This document shows, piece after piece, positions 50,775 to 63,214 of a DNA stretch of 64,000 nt. Where the stretch lies: contig NC_043006.1 of NCBI RefSeq assembly GCF_006345805.1, forward strand, positions 80,290,001 through 80,354,000. Reading direction: 5' to 3'. Origin of the DNA: Octopus sinensis. Its lineage: Eukaryota. Under the pieces are notes generated by a model. The model worked only from the letters and a program-made list of their open reading frames with translations. It did not search any database and was not told the DNA's origin. Made by a program: the position numbers and the translations under genes. Numbering within the stretch: position 1 is the stretch's first letter; each line of letters begins with the position of its first letter.

Positions 50775-51319
50775 CTTAATCATATCAAAAGGAAATGGAA
50801 ATTAATTAAAATTTTCATCTCAGTGGCCTAACGTGTAAAAATTTAGTGCAAAGACTATATATTAATCATAAAATACAGTGTATTTTTAAACACATAAGGA
50901 ATCCACTCGCTAGAAAGAACAGCTATGTTCTCTAACCACAAAAAATAGGGATAACATTCGACAGGAACGAAATGAAAAAATAAGAAAAACATCTTACCAT
51001 CTAGTTTCCTGGACCAATTGGTTTCTGATTTTAGTTTAGCAAATAAATAACATTTACCCGCTAGGTGAAATCATCCTCAACAGGTACACCTTGGGTTAAA
51101 TATATAAACACGAGGCGATCAAACTATGTGCCTCTTGTTTATACATCCTAATTTTTTAAAAATCTACTTTTAAAAACCGAAAATTATCCAAAAACTTACA
51201 ATACTTAATCATATCAAAGGGAAATGGAAATTAATTAAAATTAATGTAAAAAACGAAAGGGTAGAAGGAGAGATAAAAAGAATTAGAGAAAGGGTATGTA
51301 TTTATGTGTAAATATGAGT

Positions 51320-51530
51320 TTCAAATTTTGGCACAATACTAGCAATTTCGTGGAGGGTGTAAGTCGATTATATTGACCCCAGTACTCTACTGGTATTTAT
51401 TTTATCGATCCCGAAAAGATGAAAGGTAAAGTTGACCGTGACAGAATTTGAGCTCAAAATGTAAAGACAGACCGTATAACGCTAATCATTTGCCCGGTAT
51501 GCCAACGGTTCTGGAAGCTCGCTGCCTAGT
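51320..51530 (-). mobile_element. SINE family 2 variant, degenerate
   Basis: gaccccagtact..ctggta..atcgatcccgaaaagatgaaagg.aaagt.gacc core. Confidence 0.65.
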
Positions 51531-51566
51531 CTATATATGTATATATTGGTAGGTATTTATTTTATG

Positions 51567-51600
<34 letters not shown>

Positions 51601-51608
<8 letters not shown>

Positions 51609-51978
51609 TATATAAAAGTGAGGTTGTGTGCTGTCTGTCTCCTACGATTTAGATTCCTAACTACTCCCACATTTTGCGGTGCAGTTTAACCAAAACCGGG
51701 TATCTTATAGTCGTGATTCATATCGAGCCCTTCTGGGTATTAGCGCGCGTCTACGATGAGTCTACGATTAAAAAATACGATTTTTAATGCACTTTTGGCA
51801 TATATAAGGGAAGTAACTCTCTAAAAATTTATTATTAAGTCTAAGAACGTAAAAAGCTACAGTAACACCCCCGCTTTGTGGATAGACATATTGAGATGGC
51901 TATTATACTTTACATCTCTAAAAATGCTTATATAGTTATTTCCCTTACAAACCCGAGCAACGCCGGGCGATACTGCTA

Positions 51979-52024
<46 letters not shown>

Positions 52025-52389
52025 AAAGTGAGGTTGTGTGCTGTCTGTCTCCTACGATTTAGATTCCTAACTACTCCCACATTTTGCGGTGCAGTTTAAC
52101 AAAACCGGGTATCTTATAGTCGTGATTCATATCGAGCCCTTCTGGTAGTATTAGCGCGCGTCTACGATGAGTCTACGATTAAAAAATACGATTTTTAATG
52201 CACTTTTGGCAATATAAGGAAGTAACTCTCTAAAAATTTATTATTAAGTCTAAGAACGTAAAAAGCTACAGTAACACCCCCGCTTTGTGGATAGACATAT
52301 TGAGATGGCTATTATAATCTTTACATCTCTAAAAATGCTTATATAGTTATTTCCCTTACAAACCCGAGCAACGCCGGGCGATACTGCTA

Positions 52390-52390
<1 letters not shown>
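51601..52390 (+). mobile_element. Two tandem copies of a ~375-bp non-autonomous Helitron separated by (AT)n
   Basis: Each starts tatataaaagtgaggttgtgtgctgtctgtc and ends in hairpin cccgagcaacgccggg + CTAG|T (51979, 52390). Confidence 0.8.
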
Positions 52391-52453
<63 letters not shown>

Positions 52454-52535
52454 AACAATTGCAGCGTGGAAGGTGTTTATAAGCCATTTAAAAACACACA
52501 AAAGCCGTTCGATTCACTCAACATTTAAGTTTAAT

Positions 52536-52583
52536 TTGTCAAAATATTTTCGTCGCTAAAATCCGCGACCTGTTCACTGACAA
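52536..52583 (-). ncRNA. Putative minimal hammerhead ribozyme variant with a G3:C8 core pair
   Basis: UUGUCA-GUGAACA-G-GUCGC(GGAUUUUA)GCGAC-GAAA-AUAUU-U^UGACAA: perfect 6-bp stem I, 5-bp stem II, palindromic AAUAUU stem III. Confidence 0.55.
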
Positions 52584-53419
52584 AGTCCGTGCTGCATCTA
52601 AGAAAGTGACAGTTAGTTCGTCATATATATGTACGTATGTATGTGTGTATGTATGCATACATGTGTGTATGTATGTACGTATGCAGGTACGCACATACGC
52701 CTGTGTATGCATGTATGTATGTATGTATGTATATATGTATGTGTGTGTATATGCACGCACATACACTCTATAAAACATAAAGCTATAAACCTATAGCGAT
52801 GGATGGATGTAGAGTGACCACTCATCACAACGCTATCAAATTTCAACTTCCTACGGCCGAAGCTAGAAAGTGAATTTATGACACTTGCTCCCAAAACTAT
52901 ACCCTAAAATCTATTATCAGATTTTTATCTCTATATCACAGAACTAATGTTTTACTATTGTGCGTATGTATGTATGTATGTGCGTATGTATGTATGTATG
53001 TATGTATGTATGTATGTATGTATGTATGTATGTATGTATGTATGTATGTATGTGTGTATGTATGTGTGTATGTACATACATACGCATGTGCGTATGTATG
53101 TGTACGCGCTCGTATGCATGTGCCCATGTATGTGTGTGCGTACATGTACGTGCGTATGTACGTGTGTATGCCCATACGTAGGTATGTATGTATGTATGTA
53201 TGTTTGTATTCATGTGCTACGTATGTATGTGAGTGTCTAGGAGAATGGGCAGATGTGTCTGTGAGAGTGTGTACATGTGTATGTGTATGTGAACGTATGT
53301 CCGTGTACTGGCATGTGTCCGTCCAAGTTGTGTACATGACTGTTACTTTGCTGAAGGTTGTATACATATTTACATATATGTTTGTATAGACGCACACACA
53401 CATATATATATGTGTGTGG

Positions 53420-55278
53420 GTGTGTGTTTGTTCCTCTCATCATCGTCTAACCGTGAATGGATACAACGCCTAGGTGCAACTGTTCGTATCAAACAACGTC
53501 TGCTCATATCGTTGTATATAACTGCACATACGCATTGCAACCTGTATGTAAGGACTACAGGTGAAAGGGAGAGAGAAAGAGGGGTGGTTATAGAATAGTC
53601 CTTCTGAATGGGATCTGGATGTTATTCCATTCGGACTTTCGGTTGAGAGTAGGTTTGTATTCTTGTATACAAACAGCTTCTGTGACCTGTCTCAACATTG
53701 CATCGGTGGGATGTGTTGATAGGATGTTCAACTTAAGCTCCCCTAAGGATCCCCTGTGGCAGTCTACAGCATGTTGGTAGAAGATGGAGTTTGGCTTCCT
53801 TTCAATGTAGTTGTCCAGGTGTTCTTTGAACCTATCATTGATGCTTCTAGAGGTCTCACCTATGTATGACTCTGGGTTAGCCGCGCAAGCTCCCTCCTGG
53901 CACTTAATCTGGTATACAGTGCCCTTGGTTTTACAATTTACATGTGGATTTGTCGAACATACTGTACAATTACTTTGACAGGTGATTCTATCAAATGGAT
54001 ATGATCTGCATAATGCCGATTTGATAGTCCTACCTGTCTTTTCTACAACTTTAACTTTTAGGCCCGTAGTGCGCAGGACTTTCTTGAATGCCTTACTTAG
54101 CTCGTTCTTAGGTGTGGCGTCAACGAACATCACTCCGTGAAATCTCCTGTTATCGTACCAAGTAACGTTTCTCAACTTTTTGTTGGTGTCCCTCTCTAAC
54201 CTATTCCAGAACTTGTTGCGGTACAGGGGGCATATACCGTTTTCGTCGTTCCTTAGAATGCGTTCGAATCTAGCTTTCGCTCCTTTGTACACCCTGACTC
54301 TATCGTCTTGTGTGTATCCGGAGCGTTGCATTCGGAATATGTAGTGCTGGATGTGTTGTTGTCGTTCTTGTGGTTGGCATAGTGGTGATACATTCCTCAT
54401 TACTCTAACTAAGTCTGCCACTAGGATGTTGAGTTTGGCAGTATCCGACATAGCTGAGTCACTACGGATTACTAGTGGATTAGCCATCAGTTTCTGATAG
54501 TGTGAGTGGAGTATACATGGTTTAATGGTACCATTAACCATGGCATCTTCCATCCATAGCTCAGTATCTAGGACGGGTAATCGTTTACTGGGGTGTTTAG
54601 AGGGGTAGTCTATGGTAAGTTTTATACTGCTGTGGATAGAGTCAGCTATGTGTTGTATAGATGTCATCACCTGTTCTTCACTTGGTAGAGGGCCCATAAC
54701 TGTGTCTGTATTATATTTCACAACAAGGTTAATGTCGTCGACGTAACGAGAGTACATAGCAAAGTGGATGTTACGGTTTGCTAGGCACTGTTTAAAACGC
54801 TTGTCCCACCATACCATGAAGAGGTTAGCAACGTCACCGGCGATCCCCACTCCAATAGCACCGCCTTTCGTTTGCTTATACAGTTTGTTGTCAAATTTAA
54901 AATATGTGTTTTTAGCGTAAATCTCAGGCTGACACCGATAGCATGTGCGATGGTGGTTCTAATATCGTGTGCACTTGAGGGTGGGTAGTCCGGCTTTGTC
55001 CATCCTTGCCAGCGCTCACAGTGAGTCTTCCTGTAAGCTGAGGTAATGGTAGGTGGTCTACCGCGTTTGTTACGGTGGGACAAGCATATAGAAGGTTATT
55101 GCGCGACAGGTATTCATTGGTACACGTCAGGGCCAGGAAGAGCCCTAGTTCATATACATCCACATTCTTAAATATCATACCACTCTCACTAACTATTTCT
55201 ATACATTTATCGACAGCAAAGTCTATATCGATGGAGGGGTATAGTGATATCACATCCATGCTACCATGGATGTGATCT
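53420..55278 (-). mobile_element. 5'-truncated, young Penelope-like element (RT + GIY-YIG)
   Basis: MDVISLYPSI, KQTKGGAIG..A.LFM, RYVDDI, VLDTELW, YQIKC..YIGETSRSI.DRFKEH; a single A-run frameshift at ~54905. Confidence 0.9.
53588..54850 (-). CDS. PLE RT C-half + GIY-YIG endonuclease ORF (420 aa)
   Basis: Open frame with YVDD and GIY-YIG (VYQI..YIGET..R..EH) motifs. Confidence 0.85.
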   Translation of the reverse strand: MGIAGDVANLFMVWWDKRFKQCLANRNIHFAMYSRYVDDINLVVKYNTDTVMGPLPSEEQVMTSIQHIADSIHSSIKLTIDYPSKHPSKRLPVLDTELWMEDAMVNGTIKPCILHSHYQKLMANPLVIRSDSAMSDTAKLNILVADLVRVMRNVSPLCQPQERQQHIQHYIFRMQRSGYTQDDRVRVYKGAKARFERILRNDENGICPLYRNKFWNRLERDTNKKLRNVTWYDNRRFHGVMFVDATPKNELSKAFKKVLRTTGLKVKVVEKTGRTIKSALCRSYPFDRITCQSNCTVCSTNPHVNCKTKGTVYQIKCQEGACAANPESYIGETSRSINDRFKEHLDNYIERKPNSIFYQHAVDCHRGSLGELKLNILSTHPTDAMLRQVTEAVCIQEYKPTLNRKSEWNNIQIPFRRTIL

Positions 55279-55889
55279 CAGATCAAATTACTTGCTATGC
55301 GAGTACATCTCCGTAATATATATATATATATACATAAAATTAAATATATATATAAACAGACATACAATATATATATAAATATATATACAAATTTTTTTTC
55401 CCGAGAAAAATTTTGTCCTACATTAGTTATACAATATATATGTATATATATATATATATATATACATATATATATAAATATATATATAAACAGACATACA
55501 ATCATATGTACGTGTGTGCGCGCGTTCACACACACACGCACACACATACACGTTTATCATATATGTTGACATAGTAGTAAAGAAATTCTTTTAGCAAGCA
55601 TGAGGTCTCTTGTGCAAATGTTTTTTCGTATATTCTCGGGTCGAGCCACGTCTTTTGAGTGAAATTTGGTAGACGAAACATTTCAGGTGGATTCTACCTG
55701 TAATTTAATGGATGAAATTTTGCCATACACTCTGTGATTCTGCTGTACAATTACGTTGTGTATCAGTGTCTGAGGAATGCTCACCTGTTGCACAATAATT
55801 CAGGATCTGGTAATTCAGTTGATCGGATAATTATATCTTTATCTTTGAAGTACATACATACATACAAAAATACATACACGCATAGATAT

Positions 55890-56160
55890 CATGTAATAAC
55901 GTAATATCACGTAACCGACCAGGTTATCAGATGTTGCTACACATCACTGGTTACAATATGCTTTTTGAATAATTTCAGCGTTTATATGACGCCACCTCAC
56001 TGGTTGGGCGAGCAGGTCAACATTCCTCCTAAAGGGAGACTTGAACAACGTGAAATGAAGTGTTTTACTCAAGAATACAACGTATCAACCAGTCGGGGAA
56101 TCGAATCCACGATCTAGCGATCGTGAGTGCATCTACCTAACCACTAGGCCACGCGTCTTT
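55890..56160 (-). mobile_element. tRNA-derived SINE family 3
   Basis: Head gcgtggcctagtggttagg..ctcacgatc..gattcgattccc (A/B boxes); related copies at 58385-58660 (+) and 59755-60000 (-). Confidence 0.7.
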
Positions 56161-56574
56161 ACACATACATACATATATTTTTAGAAAAATACAAGAGAAA
56201 GCGGATATCAATGGGCGACTGGTAAGGAGTTTGCAAATCCAGTGCCCAAGATACACTTTTAGCCTCATACCTATTTTTATTGGAGCAACAGGATGCATAC
56301 TATCCCATATGGACCAAAGTATAGCTGAACTTCGGGTGTTGGGGTGAGAATACATATCCTTAATCCGTATGCTACAATTGATTACAATATCTGAGACTAT
56401 AAAATTCTGCAAGACCTTACGATTTACAGGATGATGGTTAAAACAAGATACTTTCCTTCTCAGCCTTGCTACTAAGTAGGTGACCGTTCTAAATTTACTT
56501 TAAATTAAGAAGAGGAAGCGAAGAACATACATATACGCACCGAGACGGCTGGCGTTAACTGGATGCCAAATATA

Positions 56575-56827
56575 CTCTTTTACTCTTTTACTTGTTTCAG
56601 TCATTTGGCTGCGGCCATACTGGAGCACTCCTTTAGTCGAACTAATCGACTCCAGAACTTATTCATTGTAAGCCTAGTGTCTTTACCTAATTCTTTTGCC
56701 GAACCGCTAAGTTACGGGAACAAATACACACCAACATCTGTTGTCAAACGATGGTGGCGGGACAAATACAGACAGACAAATACATACATATATATATACA
56801 TACATACACAGACACACAGACACACAG

Positions 56828-56868
<41 letters not shown>

Positions 56869-57029
56869 GACGAGCTTCTTTCAATTTCCGTTTACCAGAT
56901 CCACTCACAAGTCTTTGGTCGGCCCGAGGCTATAACAGTAGACACTTGCCCAAGGTGTCACGCAGTGGCACCACACTCGAAACCATGTGGTTGGTAAGCA
57001 AGCTACTTACCACACAGCCACTCCGCACC
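56575..57029 (-). mobile_element. SINE family 1
   Basis: Similarity to the other copies. Confidence 0.85.
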
Positions 57030-57661
57030 TTTATGCAATGTTTGGAAAAGATTCACTGAGATATTACCAAGTTTAAACAAACAAACAAACTTTGACATTT
57101 TTGATATGGCTACGATAATAATTACAAGAGAGAAACTATGTCCCTATGTCTGCTGGAACCGTGAAAACATTCGGAGATGTATTTTTAGACTCTGACAACA
57201 AAGGTGCAGCATTCTGAAAAATGCCTTTGCACCGGAGATAACAAAATTATCATCAAATTAGTTGTGTTGACAGACTTGCAAAGGAGTGCTGTTGGTTTTG
57301 GAAGAACTACAGAAACTTAAGATGCTTTGTGTGTTGTTTTATTATTTTCTATTTGTTTTAGTGAAGAGATAATAAATTTAGTTAGGTTGGTGAGGTTGGA
57401 TGCTACGTAGTTCAGCCATTGATAATACTTAGCCGCGGGAATCGCCTACTAAATAAACACACATAGATACACAAAGATACACACACATAGAGGCGCACGT
57501 ATGTGCATGGATGTATATATTATATATATACGTATGATTATATATATATAAGTGCATATGTACATACACACACACATATATATATGAATATGTATATTTG
57601 TGTATGTATGTATTATGTATATATGTATCTATCTATACATGTCTTTTTCTTTCTCTCTCTC

Positions 57662-57706
<45 letters not shown>

Positions 57707-58384
57707 CATACACATATACACATATGTATATATATATATACACACACACACGTCTTTTGAAGAACGATAAAACTAATCAAAAATGGAAAACAAGAAACTA
57801 TCGAAGGCCCTCATGCATCTCCAAATAAACAGACAAAACAAAACAACAAAAGTATGTTTGGTTAAGCGATAAGAGTCACCTTACACTTCCCTAAGGACAT
57901 AAATACTTTTTAACAACTAGCTTTTATTTGTAGAGTTTATCAGTTTTACATATTTGTAATTGTTCGGCAAATGGCTTGACCTGCAATTGCTATTATAACT
58001 CTACAATGGTGAAATTGAATTAATGTCACGTTAATAGAGGTGGTATTAAAAAGTTCTTCGGCTGGTTATGTTTAATAAAAAAAAAAAACAACTTATTTAC
58101 CATTATAACACCATCTCCTTCGAAATAGTCTCCTTACGTAACAATATACCAGTCCCAGCACTCTTGTCCCATTCTATGTATCTATGTATCTAAAGTCAAA
58201 AGCATTCCGTACTTTTACAATCTATTTTACTTTTTTCTTTTCATTTTCATACACAATTCATCTAGGACCACATTAATCAATGATTCGTTTACCATTTAAG
58301 AGAGAAGGGTGTAATTTGATGGAGATAGTTGCAGGTACAGACAAAGATACTACCAGAGATGTTCTTTTCCTTTTATTGCTTCTC

Positions 58385-58660
58385 TGCGAAGGTGCGTGGC
58401 TTAATGATTAGGGTATTTGGCTCACGATGGTTAGAACGTGAGTTCGATTCCCATCAACGCGCTGTCTCCTTGGGCAATACAATCTGTATTTCCAGGGGAC
58501 AGCCTTGTTACATACTTTGTTATGCTGAATCTCTCTGAGAACTATGTTAAGTGCGCGAGTGTCTGTGGATTGCTCAGCCACTTGCACGTTAATTCCAACA
58601 GCAGGCTGTTCTGTTGATCAGCTGGAGCACTCTTCGTCGACACCGGTGGAGTGCCAGTTC
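58385..58660 (+). mobile_element. tRNA-derived SINE family 3, degenerate
   Basis: gcgtggcttaatgattagggtatttggctcacgat..gagttcgattccc. Confidence 0.65.
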
Positions 58661-58919
58661 GTTTCTCTGCTCTAACGTTTTCATGGCTGTTTCAATCATT
58701 TAATTTTTGGTAAATCACTATGATTCTAAAGATTCGATTTCTGTTTCATGTCGTTAGATGTCATGTACGCTGCATGGTTCTAACGTTGGTTAAAGTTTTT
58801 ACTTCACTTCTTTGCTCCTACATGATTCCAGGTTCGATCTGACTGCATGGCTTCTTAGTAATTTTTTTTTTTACCATAGGTTGGGTTGATTGACTTGGAA
58901 GTTGACTTCGTTGTACAGA

Positions 58920-59147
58920 AATTGGCAGAAAAGTTAGCACGCGAGGCGAAATGCTTAGCGGTATTTCGTCTGCTGTTACGTTCCGAGTTCAAATTCCGCC
59001 GAGGTCGACTTTGCCTTTCATCTTTTCGAGGTCGATAAATTAAGTATCAGTTACGCACTGGGGTCGATGTAATCGACTGAATCCCTTTGTCTGTCCTTGT
59101 TTGCCCTCTCTATGTTTAGCCCCTTGTGGGCAATAAAGAAATAAGAA
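58920..59147 (+). mobile_element. SINE family 2, full length, with Tx1-like 3' tail
   Basis: Ends tttgtctgtccttgtttgccctctctatgtttagccccttgtgggcaataaagaaataa. Confidence 0.85.
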
Positions 59148-59169
59148 ACTGTATAGACCTCTGGCGTAT

Positions 59170-59218
59170 ATTCATCTCTCTCTCCCTCTTTCTCTCTCTC
59201 TATCTATCTATATATTTA

Positions 59219-59249
<31 letters not shown>

Positions 59250-59272
59250 ACCTGTCTGTCTGTCTGTCTGTG

Positions 59273-59348
<76 letters not shown>

Positions 59349-59349
59349 A

Positions 59350-59404
<55 letters not shown>

Positions 59405-59470
59405 GCCTGTCTGTCTGTCTGTCTGTGTATCTGTCTGCCTTTTTGCCTCTCTGTATGTATGTATGTACGT
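59170..59470. repeat. (CT)n/(ATCT)n/(GTCT)n microsatellite complex
   Basis: Direct reading. Confidence 0.95.
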
Positions 59471-59754
59471 CCTAGTGTGCGTTTACTTCTTTCGCTAGTG
59501 TGGTGGCTGAGCTAAATATTAGAACTGCAGATGCTATCACAGCAAAATGCCAGCTTTAGCATCCAGTTCTCAGAAGAGGAAAGGCTGATAAGAAGAGCAA
59601 ACTCGCTATCCTCCATTCGGTTTTCATCCCTTCGTCACTTGTGATCATGACTGTTAAATAATGACTAAAGGAGTACAATCATGAATACAATGGGTTGAAA
59701 TGGGGTTTCCTCGAAGGATCTCCGGTGTGTCGTTACCTAGGTAAAAAAATGGTA

Positions 59755-60000
59755 AAGGTTACCTTGTCGAGTCATGCAGACTCATAAGGGCTAGTTTTCC
59801 GGTTTCCTTGGCGTATAAATTCCCTACATGGACGGGACGTCGGTTCTTCGCAAGATTAATTATTTTAGCCAGCTGAGTTAACTAGAGCCACATGAAATGA
59901 AATATTTTGCTCATGAACACAACATCTCATCCGGTACAGGAATCGAAACCACAATCTTACGATCGTGAGTCCAACACCCTAATCACTAAGCCACGCGACT
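59755..60000 (-). mobile_element. tRNA-derived SINE family 3
   Basis: gcgtggcttagtgattagggtgttggactcacgatc..ggtttcgattcc head; LINE-like tail gaaaccggaaaactagcccttatgag. Confidence 0.7.
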
Positions 60001-61539
60001 CCAGAGTCGTTACTTGACAGTATGTAGCTCGGAGACTAGTGGATCTCTGCAGGCCGAACCGCTATTTCATCGCATTGAGAAGTCACCGCTCCAGTATTAC
60101 AGAAATTGAATTAAAATATTGTAATAAAGAATCGCACGACCGATTCTTCGACGGAACCGGCTGAAGACGTAGGGGTAGGCCAAGAACAAGTTTGTTGGAT
60201 AATATTCATAGTCGTAGTTGGTGACTCTTGAGAATCCAGAAGAAAATTGTCATGACGGCTGCTTCTGATAGAACCTTTATTAACCCTGAAAGGATGAAAA
60301 TCAAAGTCAATCTGGGAGGGATTTAATTTCAGTGCGGAGAGTACCCGATCGATTGCTGTAAGCTATCTATCGATGCTCTAACATCTCTACTAGTCAGTCA
60401 TCTTGCCGTCTTATCGGTCCTGGTACTACTAGTCCATAAACTTCGATACAATTTAATCGATACTTGTCCATGATCTGAAGAAAAAGTAAGCACGAAATGA
60501 AGAGTCAGAACAGGTTAAATATGAATCCAGATGTTGATATTGTCTGGTCTTTTATTGATTCTACCACTCGTTTCATTTTCTTAAGCTTAAAATGAAAACA
60601 GCATAATTTCCATCTAGACCACGACTGCAACCCTTTTCATATGTCAAACAATCAGAAAAGTTATAAATAAATACCCAACCCCCAAAGTTTCAGGGCCTGA
60701 AAAAAAATTACTACCACACATCTAAAATTCATAATTCAAGTAAGTACTGTATTCAAGAACATTTACTTTTCCATAACTCTTCCTACCGGATTAAACAACA
60801 AGATACTCAAAATCTATAAATTGAAGAAACACCATAACATTTTTATAGCCCGACGAAAATCTAAACGAAGTAGTATTACCCATCCCACGAATTCTATTAA
60901 TCCCAACTGGAAAACGTTTTACACTTATGTATAATATTAGTTTATCGCAAAATTGTGTCAGTGATTAATACCACTTTACTCAAACACTTTGCTATTCACG
61001 AATCTTACGCCAAAGATATGTAATGGCTTTAGCATACAAAAAACGCCCTGCCAAGAACCTCACCTCCACCACACCCAAAAAACAACATTTTAACTACCAC
61101 TGACGTCAAAACAGCTTCTGTTCTTGGCTATACAAGATTTGTTAGAACTTTTGTTGTCAAATATGTTTAGAAGCAACATATCTTGAATATGCAATTTTCT
61201 GAATGGATTATCATAAGTATTTGTCCGTTCAGGAAATTATTTAAAGCCTGTTTCTGCAAGACATTTCTCAGCACAAACTTATGCACATATGTCATTACAT
61301 TCATATCCTCATACCTTTCTCAGATACACTAAACAGTTTTTGCATAATCGGCTGCTTAAAAGTTGACTCTTAAACAAATGACCTGCTTTCAATTTTATTT
61401 GCAATAATAGATCACATTACAACTAACTATTACTCTCAACAAAATAAATACATCTCATATACAAACGGTAAAAGCAATAGGAACTGCATACAACACCTGC
61501 AAAATATTTACAGCGCACGAAGATACAGCATCAGAAGCA

Positions 61540-61960
61540 GTGGAGGCGCAATGGCCCAGTGGTTAGGGCAGCGGACTCGCGTTCGGAGGATCGCGGTTTC
61601 GATTCCCAGACTGGGCGTTGTGTGTGTTTATTGAGCGAAAACACCTAAAGCTCCACGAGGCTCCGGTATTGGGTGGTGGCGATCCCTGTTGTACTCTTTC
61701 GCCCCAACTTTCTCTCACTCTTTCTTCCTGTTTCTTGTCCTCGACTTCCTATGCAACCGCTGAGCCTGGATGCGCATTCATCCATCCGTCTATACTCTCG
61801 GTGTCGGGGGTTGACCTGTTTTCTCTTCTGCGGGTCTTACGAATAGCAAAGGACCACGTTTCGGACTTCTCCCACTACAGACAATCTTGAGGCGCGATCT
61901 TGCGAGCTCTGAGACGAAGACCGCTTCGCTCAACAAATAAATAAACAAACAAGCAGCAGA
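61540..61960 (+). mobile_element. tRNA(Arg)-like SINE family 4
   Basis: tggcccagtggttagggcagcggacTCGcg..ggtttcgattccc head followed by a non-tRNA body and an (AAAC/AAAT)n tail. Confidence 0.75.
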
Positions 61961-62597
61961 AGAAAATGAACTAAACGAAATTACATAGAACACTTAAATG
62001 AACTATATTTTATCAGCAGAAATAACATGAGTGTATAGACAATATGTCCGATCTGTCCATATCTATACAAGTCCTGTCTAGGGCAACAATTTCTCCGAAC
62101 CAACAATATTTATCCACGAAGTAAACGCAAACAGAGCACATGGTATCATTGCAGGCTGCGTACCGACAAAATCTAGAATACATGTACAACGAACAAAATA
62201 AGAATGTTTTTTTTTCTTCTTGAGCCTTCGGACACCTAAAACCAGTTAAAGTTTTTCCTTATCGTGTAAGTGACCGACAGCATAACATTCTTCCTGGACA
62301 GGACACCGGTTTGTTGAATGGTTCAACGCCAGCAACTTTGAGAAGAGATGAGTCGATTACGTTCACCCCAGGATGAAAGTCAATATTAGCCTCATCTAAC
62401 GTCTAATTCAGGGAGTTAATTATACCCTCGTATGATTTATGCTGCAAAACCTAATGCACACACCAAATAATTTGAAAATAATTCTGTTGGCACACAGGTG
62501 TAAATATCATTTACAGTGGAAGTACGTACAAACATATAAATATCAATACACACACACACACGCACGCACGCACACACATGTGTATATGTGTTCGCGT

Positions 62598-62674
<77 letters not shown>

Positions 62675-62719
62675 AGGCGAGCTGGCAGAAATGTGTAGCC
62701 GTATTTCGTCTGCCGTTAA

Positions 62720-63062
62720 TACTGAAATAGTGGAGAAGATATGATATTGCTATGGGCTCGCTCTAGGCAAGAAGTTGAACATTTTTTTTGCCCTATGAAA
62801 CTACATGGACCCTAAGTAAGGCATGTGTAAAATTTGAATGGAATTGGTTGTGTAGTTCTGAAGTTTTAGGGAATCGTAGTGGAGAAGATATGATATTGCT
62901 GTGGGCTCGCCCTAGGCAAAAAGTTCAAAATTGTTTTTGCCGATGACACTCCCCGGACACTAAGTAAGGCATGTGTAAAATTTGAATGAAATTGGTTGTT
63001 CTCAAGTTTTAGGGAAACACACAGACAGACAGACACACATTCTCAGTTTTATATATATATAA

Positions 63063-63068
<6 letters not shown>
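62720..63068 (-). mobile_element. Second copy of the Helitron/Helentron-type repeat at 42735-43082
   Basis: Near-identical sequence and same ends. Confidence 0.7.
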
Positions 63069-63144
<76 letters not shown>

Positions 63145-63163
63145 TATATATATAATATATATA

Positions 63164-63211
<48 letters not shown>

Positions 63212-63214
<3 letters not shown>

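Noticed and set aside
50773-51245. 40-bp direct repeat (tacttaatcatatcaaa.ggaaatggaaattaattaaaatt) 430 bp apart as an LTR or TSD
   Set aside because: AT-rich, with no internal element features; cannot be assigned.
53588-55278. Selenoprotein-type (in-frame UGA) Penelope/Naiad element
   Set aside because: The ORF break is a 1-nt A-run frameshift, not UGA, and no SECIS was evident.
61540-61620. Functional tRNA-Arg(UCG) gene
   Set aside because: No proper acceptor stem or T-run terminator; continues into a SINE body.
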